64,000 nucleotides of DNA, from the NCBI RefSeq assembly GCF_963921235.1, contig NC_086097.1, positions 77,874,001 through 77,938,000 on the forward strand, read 5' to 3'. Both the position numbers and the translations under genes were made by a program. A model generated the notes under the pieces. That model had not been told where the DNA came from and did no database searches. It was given only the letters and a program-made list of their open reading frames with translations. The stretch comes from Mobula hypostoma. Taxonomy: Eukaryota. Positions 60,592-64,000 of this stretch are shown here, piece by piece (the stretch's first letter is position 1; the number at the start of each line of letters is the position of its first letter).

Positions 60592-61476
60592 TGTTACGTA
60601 CCCCGTAACTGGGTTGCCAAACCAGCAGAAATGGATCACTCAGTTGGAGTCTGGATTACTAGAACTAAGAAAGTTTTATTAAAGAAACAAGCAACACAGT
60701 ACTCTACAAAAGGATAATAAATGCAACAGTTCAGCAATGATAAACACACATGTACACAGAATTAAGATAATAGGATCAATCAAGCTCTATCGTTGTCTAG
60801 GGGTAAATGACCAGTTTCAAAGTGACGCAAAGTTCAGTTCAGTTCGCAGTAATCGCTGCCGTGGGAGATGGACAGTGGGGGGAAGAGAGAGAGAGGAAAA
60901 CGAATGAATATTCAAACAGTTTCCACACACAGACCTTCGATATTCTTCGCAGTCAGCTTTCGTGCGAGCCCTTTGTGATGTCATCTGAGGTCACCAACCG
61001 TGACCCCTCCATTTCCAGATACGATCGTTTCTCTGCGGTGAACCTGGCACCCAGGCAAGGGTGGACACACACCAAGTTCCTGCCGATCGTGCTTTTCCAC
61101 CCTGTACGTCTATGGCTTGATCCTGCCATCAGCTGTCCAAAACTTCCCACCGACTTGCGGGAGACGCATCGCTTCCAGGGTCTCGTTACCTCGGGGTGTC
61201 GTGTGTGTCCTGCCTTAGCGGACCTGTCCCTTTTTATCCCCCTGCTGGGGTATCGCCTGTCCATCACTTCAAACAGTTCAGGGTTCAAAGGGGGAGCCGA
61301 TCTTGACAGCTCTCCTTCCGTTAGACTCTCCCGTCCTTTCATTAATATTTCCAAATGCTGCTCCATTGTTTTCCTTATCTCTCTCTCTCCTGAAGACAGG
61401 TGGCAGATCAACTGCTGATCCCACTGGTGCCAGCCCAGGCCAGCTAACATCTTAATTTATGTGTATTCTCGTCACA
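60592..61476 (-). repeat. 5' LTR (885 bp)
   Basis: Direct repeat of 56403-57304. TATA-like GATAAAAA on the minus strand at 61231-61238. Confidence 0.95.
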
Positions 61477-62399
61477 ATCTGTACAGTGAAGTAGCAAACA
61501 CTCATTTCATACAGAACCTTTATCAGATCAGTAATATTTTCAGCTCATTTATCTGAGCTGAGATTCATTCCTGAGCACAGGAGAAAGAGTTGAACAATTA
61601 ATTCTCTCTCCATTCTTTTCTTATTCTGGAATATAATAGAAGAGGTATCTCAATCTGGAATTTATTGGAAGAGGTGTCTCAAAAAGTTGAACAAAGTTGA
61701 ACAATTAATTCTTCCTTATTCTTATCTTTAGCTGGGATTTATTGCAAGAAGTACAGTACTTTTCAAAAGTCTTAGGTATATATATTGCACTGTAGTCCTG
61801 CAACAAAAAAAAACAAATTTCATGACATATATGAGTGATGATTCTAATATGGGTCTCTGTTGTGGACTGAGAGTGGGAAGGGACAGGGAGTGGGGAATCA
61901 TGGTTGGGAAAAAGGGAAGGGAGAGGAGAAGGAGCAGGAAGCACCAGGGAGACATAATGTAATGATCAATAAACCAATTGTTTGGAATTAAATGACTTTG
62001 CCTGGTGTCTCAGGGCTGGATGAGTCTGCACCCGTGCTGCCCTCTGCCCTTGTCACTCCCAAATCACAGTACTAATTCTTTATGTTTTTCAGCAGCAATA
62101 ACAGCCATTACCACACTGCCAGTTTTACATTTGGTCAATACATCTGAATAGATAATCAGATGGGAAACTAATTACAATCAAGATAAGTACTTAGGAAGAT
62201 TCTTTCATTATTTTAATAGGGGTGATTCTGATTCAACTAATGAAGTAGCACATGTCAGGGAATAAGAGATATTTTTTTAAAAAGGCAATCAATTCACCAA
62301 GTGAGTTGATGTTCCTGCATGATCCTACCCTCTGTAGGAGGGTAAATTACCATTCTTAGATAATTGTACAACATGAATTACTGACAATACATTGGGAAA

Positions 62400-64000
62400 T
62401 GCTGTGCAAAGTGTGGTTTCCTGATTACACATAGTTGGCTAAGGCATTGTGCAATCTTATCTCACTTGTTAGGAAAGATTGTCATTGTACGTGCGATATG
62501 GAACGAAACCGACACAGAAGGAAATCTACATTTCAACCCAAACAATTTTAAAACTTATTAATGCACTGTTTTAATTTTGAAAATCTGCTCAGTCAACACA
62601 CTCTTATATGAGTGAGTAGTTTCCTGGAATTCATTCTGTGTGAATACCAAGCTGATGACATGAGCCATTTTGGCTGGACTGGACTGGACTTGTCGGAAAC
62701 AATTGGGACCAGAGGGGACTGGACTAGGCTAGACCAGATTGGTTGGGACTGCTCCCCTCCCTCACCCCTCTACACAGATCCCAGCTGGATTTGAATGAAT
62801 GTGCAGGGCATGTGTCCTTTTACTCTATATGTTCACATGTTCACCATGGCTGAGACCAGCCAGCAGCATACTGAACTGTGGAGGACTGACATTGAGGAGG
62901 AAAGAAGTACTTTTGTTACAATTGCTAGAAGTACCTAAACTGCAATAAATATATTGCTGAATTTTGCCTAATAACATTGCAATCAAGTCTCCTGTCAATC
63001 AGATTAGTTTCTCAAACATTCCCCACACACGTCCAGAAGGTGAAGAGTTCATGAAAGGGAGCAAGAGGAAAATTAGTCGAAGCTTGGTATTGCATTTTAA
63101 TTAGGAGGGCAGTTATTTCATTCCAAATGATACTATATTCTTCCTATAGTGTGGTGGCCAGAACTGTATACAATGCTCCAAAACAGGTGCAGCATGATGT
63201 TCCACCTGTTATACTCAATGCCTTCTTCTCTACTTAATCCACTGGAGTCACCACTTTTAGGGAGCTATGGGCTTGTACTCTAAGGTCCATCTGTACATTA
63301 ATTTTCCTGAGGTCCTGGCATTTGTATATTGAAACAGAATTTCATCTCCCTAAATGCACACTTAGCCCAATTAAATTCCACCTACCACAACTCCACCCAA
63401 CTCTCCAGTCGATCTATGCCCCACTGTATCCTTCGATAAAATTTCTTTGCTATCCGACTCCACCAATGTAATAGGCTTCACTTCTGATTATTGTTTTGTT
63501 AAACCAGCAAACCTGTGCAGTGTGTGATTTCCTGATTACAAATAGGCCAAAACATTGAATTGGTAACCACAATCATTTACAATAAGGAGCATATCATTGA
63601 AAGCTCTAAACTTTATCCTGACCTACTAAATTGCTGGATGATATCTCAACTAAGTTGGGATGTCAGTCATTCTTTAAACATTTTTTAAAATCTACCACAT
63701 AGGAAGTGTGTCCTTATACTTCACACATTCACAATGGTTCACAGCTGATGGAATGGATAAAGTAGAATTGGACAGGTTGGGTCCAGACCAGACTGAACAG
63801 AGTTCACTAGAGATGTAGCTGGCCAGTCAGACCCACACAGAGCTAGATAAGACAAGACTAGGTAAAAGTCAGGACCAGACCAGTTGGGTCCAGACTAAAC
63901 CAGTTAGTTCTGACATTGTGGAAGGAAGATGTACTTTGGTTAGAACTGCTGAATGTGCCCAAACTGCAATAGGTGTATTGATAGATTTTATTGCATTGAC
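62400..64000. repeat. Old diverged tandem duplication (~62400-62965 vs ~63510-63990) separated by a CR1 relic (~63125-63470)
   Basis: Shared blocks in the same order: ctgtgca..gtgtg.tttcctgattaca; gtgtcctt.tact...ttcac; ctgacattg.gga.g.aaga.gtacttt.gtta.aa.tgct...gt.cc.aaactgcaata. Confidence 0.75.

Larger units (their letters stand above)
56403..61476 (-). mobile_element. Gmr1-like Ty3/Gypsy LTR retrotransposon, 5,074 bp, non-autonomous (pol internally deleted)
   Basis: Two ~0.9-kb LTRs with TG...CA ends, perfect TSD ATCT (56399-56402 / 61477-61480), PBS, PPT and gag-pro. Pol remnants lie in the order INT-RT-RH. Confidence 0.95.

Noticed and set aside
62885..62950. Hairpin resembling a miR-430/302-type precursor (aaaagtacttc)
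   Set aside because: Seed is AAGUACU rather than AAGUGCU, the stem is short, and pairing is weaker in the second copy.

Overview
This is repeat-dense eukaryotic, almost certainly vertebrate, intergenic or intronic DNA. I found no confidently recognisable host gene, rRNA, tRNA gene or CRISPR array. The repeat mix (V-SINE/HE1-like SINEs, CR1, Rex1/Babar, Penelope-like elements, Deu-domain SINE relics) suggests a cartilaginous fish such as a ray or shark; this is inference. Nearly all ORFs in the supplied track are fragments or antisense shadows of transposable elements. The elements are Penelope-like (RT + GIY-YIG) copies, RTE, Rex1/Babar, CR1 and L2 LINEs, two HERO-type REL retrotransposons, Tc1 and pogo/Tigger relics, two solo LTRs, a Mag-like gag relic, and a 5,074-bp Gmr1-like LTR element with both LTRs, a 4-bp TSD, a tRNA-Pro-like PBS, a PPT and a heavily deleted pol. 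The most interesting signals are RNA structures inside the retroelements. (1) A 556-bp TSD-flanked non-coding element whose 5' end folds as an HDV-like ribozyme with an atypical hairpin in L3. (2) A family of minimal hammerhead ribozymes in Penelope-derived repeats, including a 61-bp TSD-flanked insertion that starts at the predicted cleavage site. Boundaries without a stated TSD are approximate, and all family assignments come from motif recognition, not database searches.
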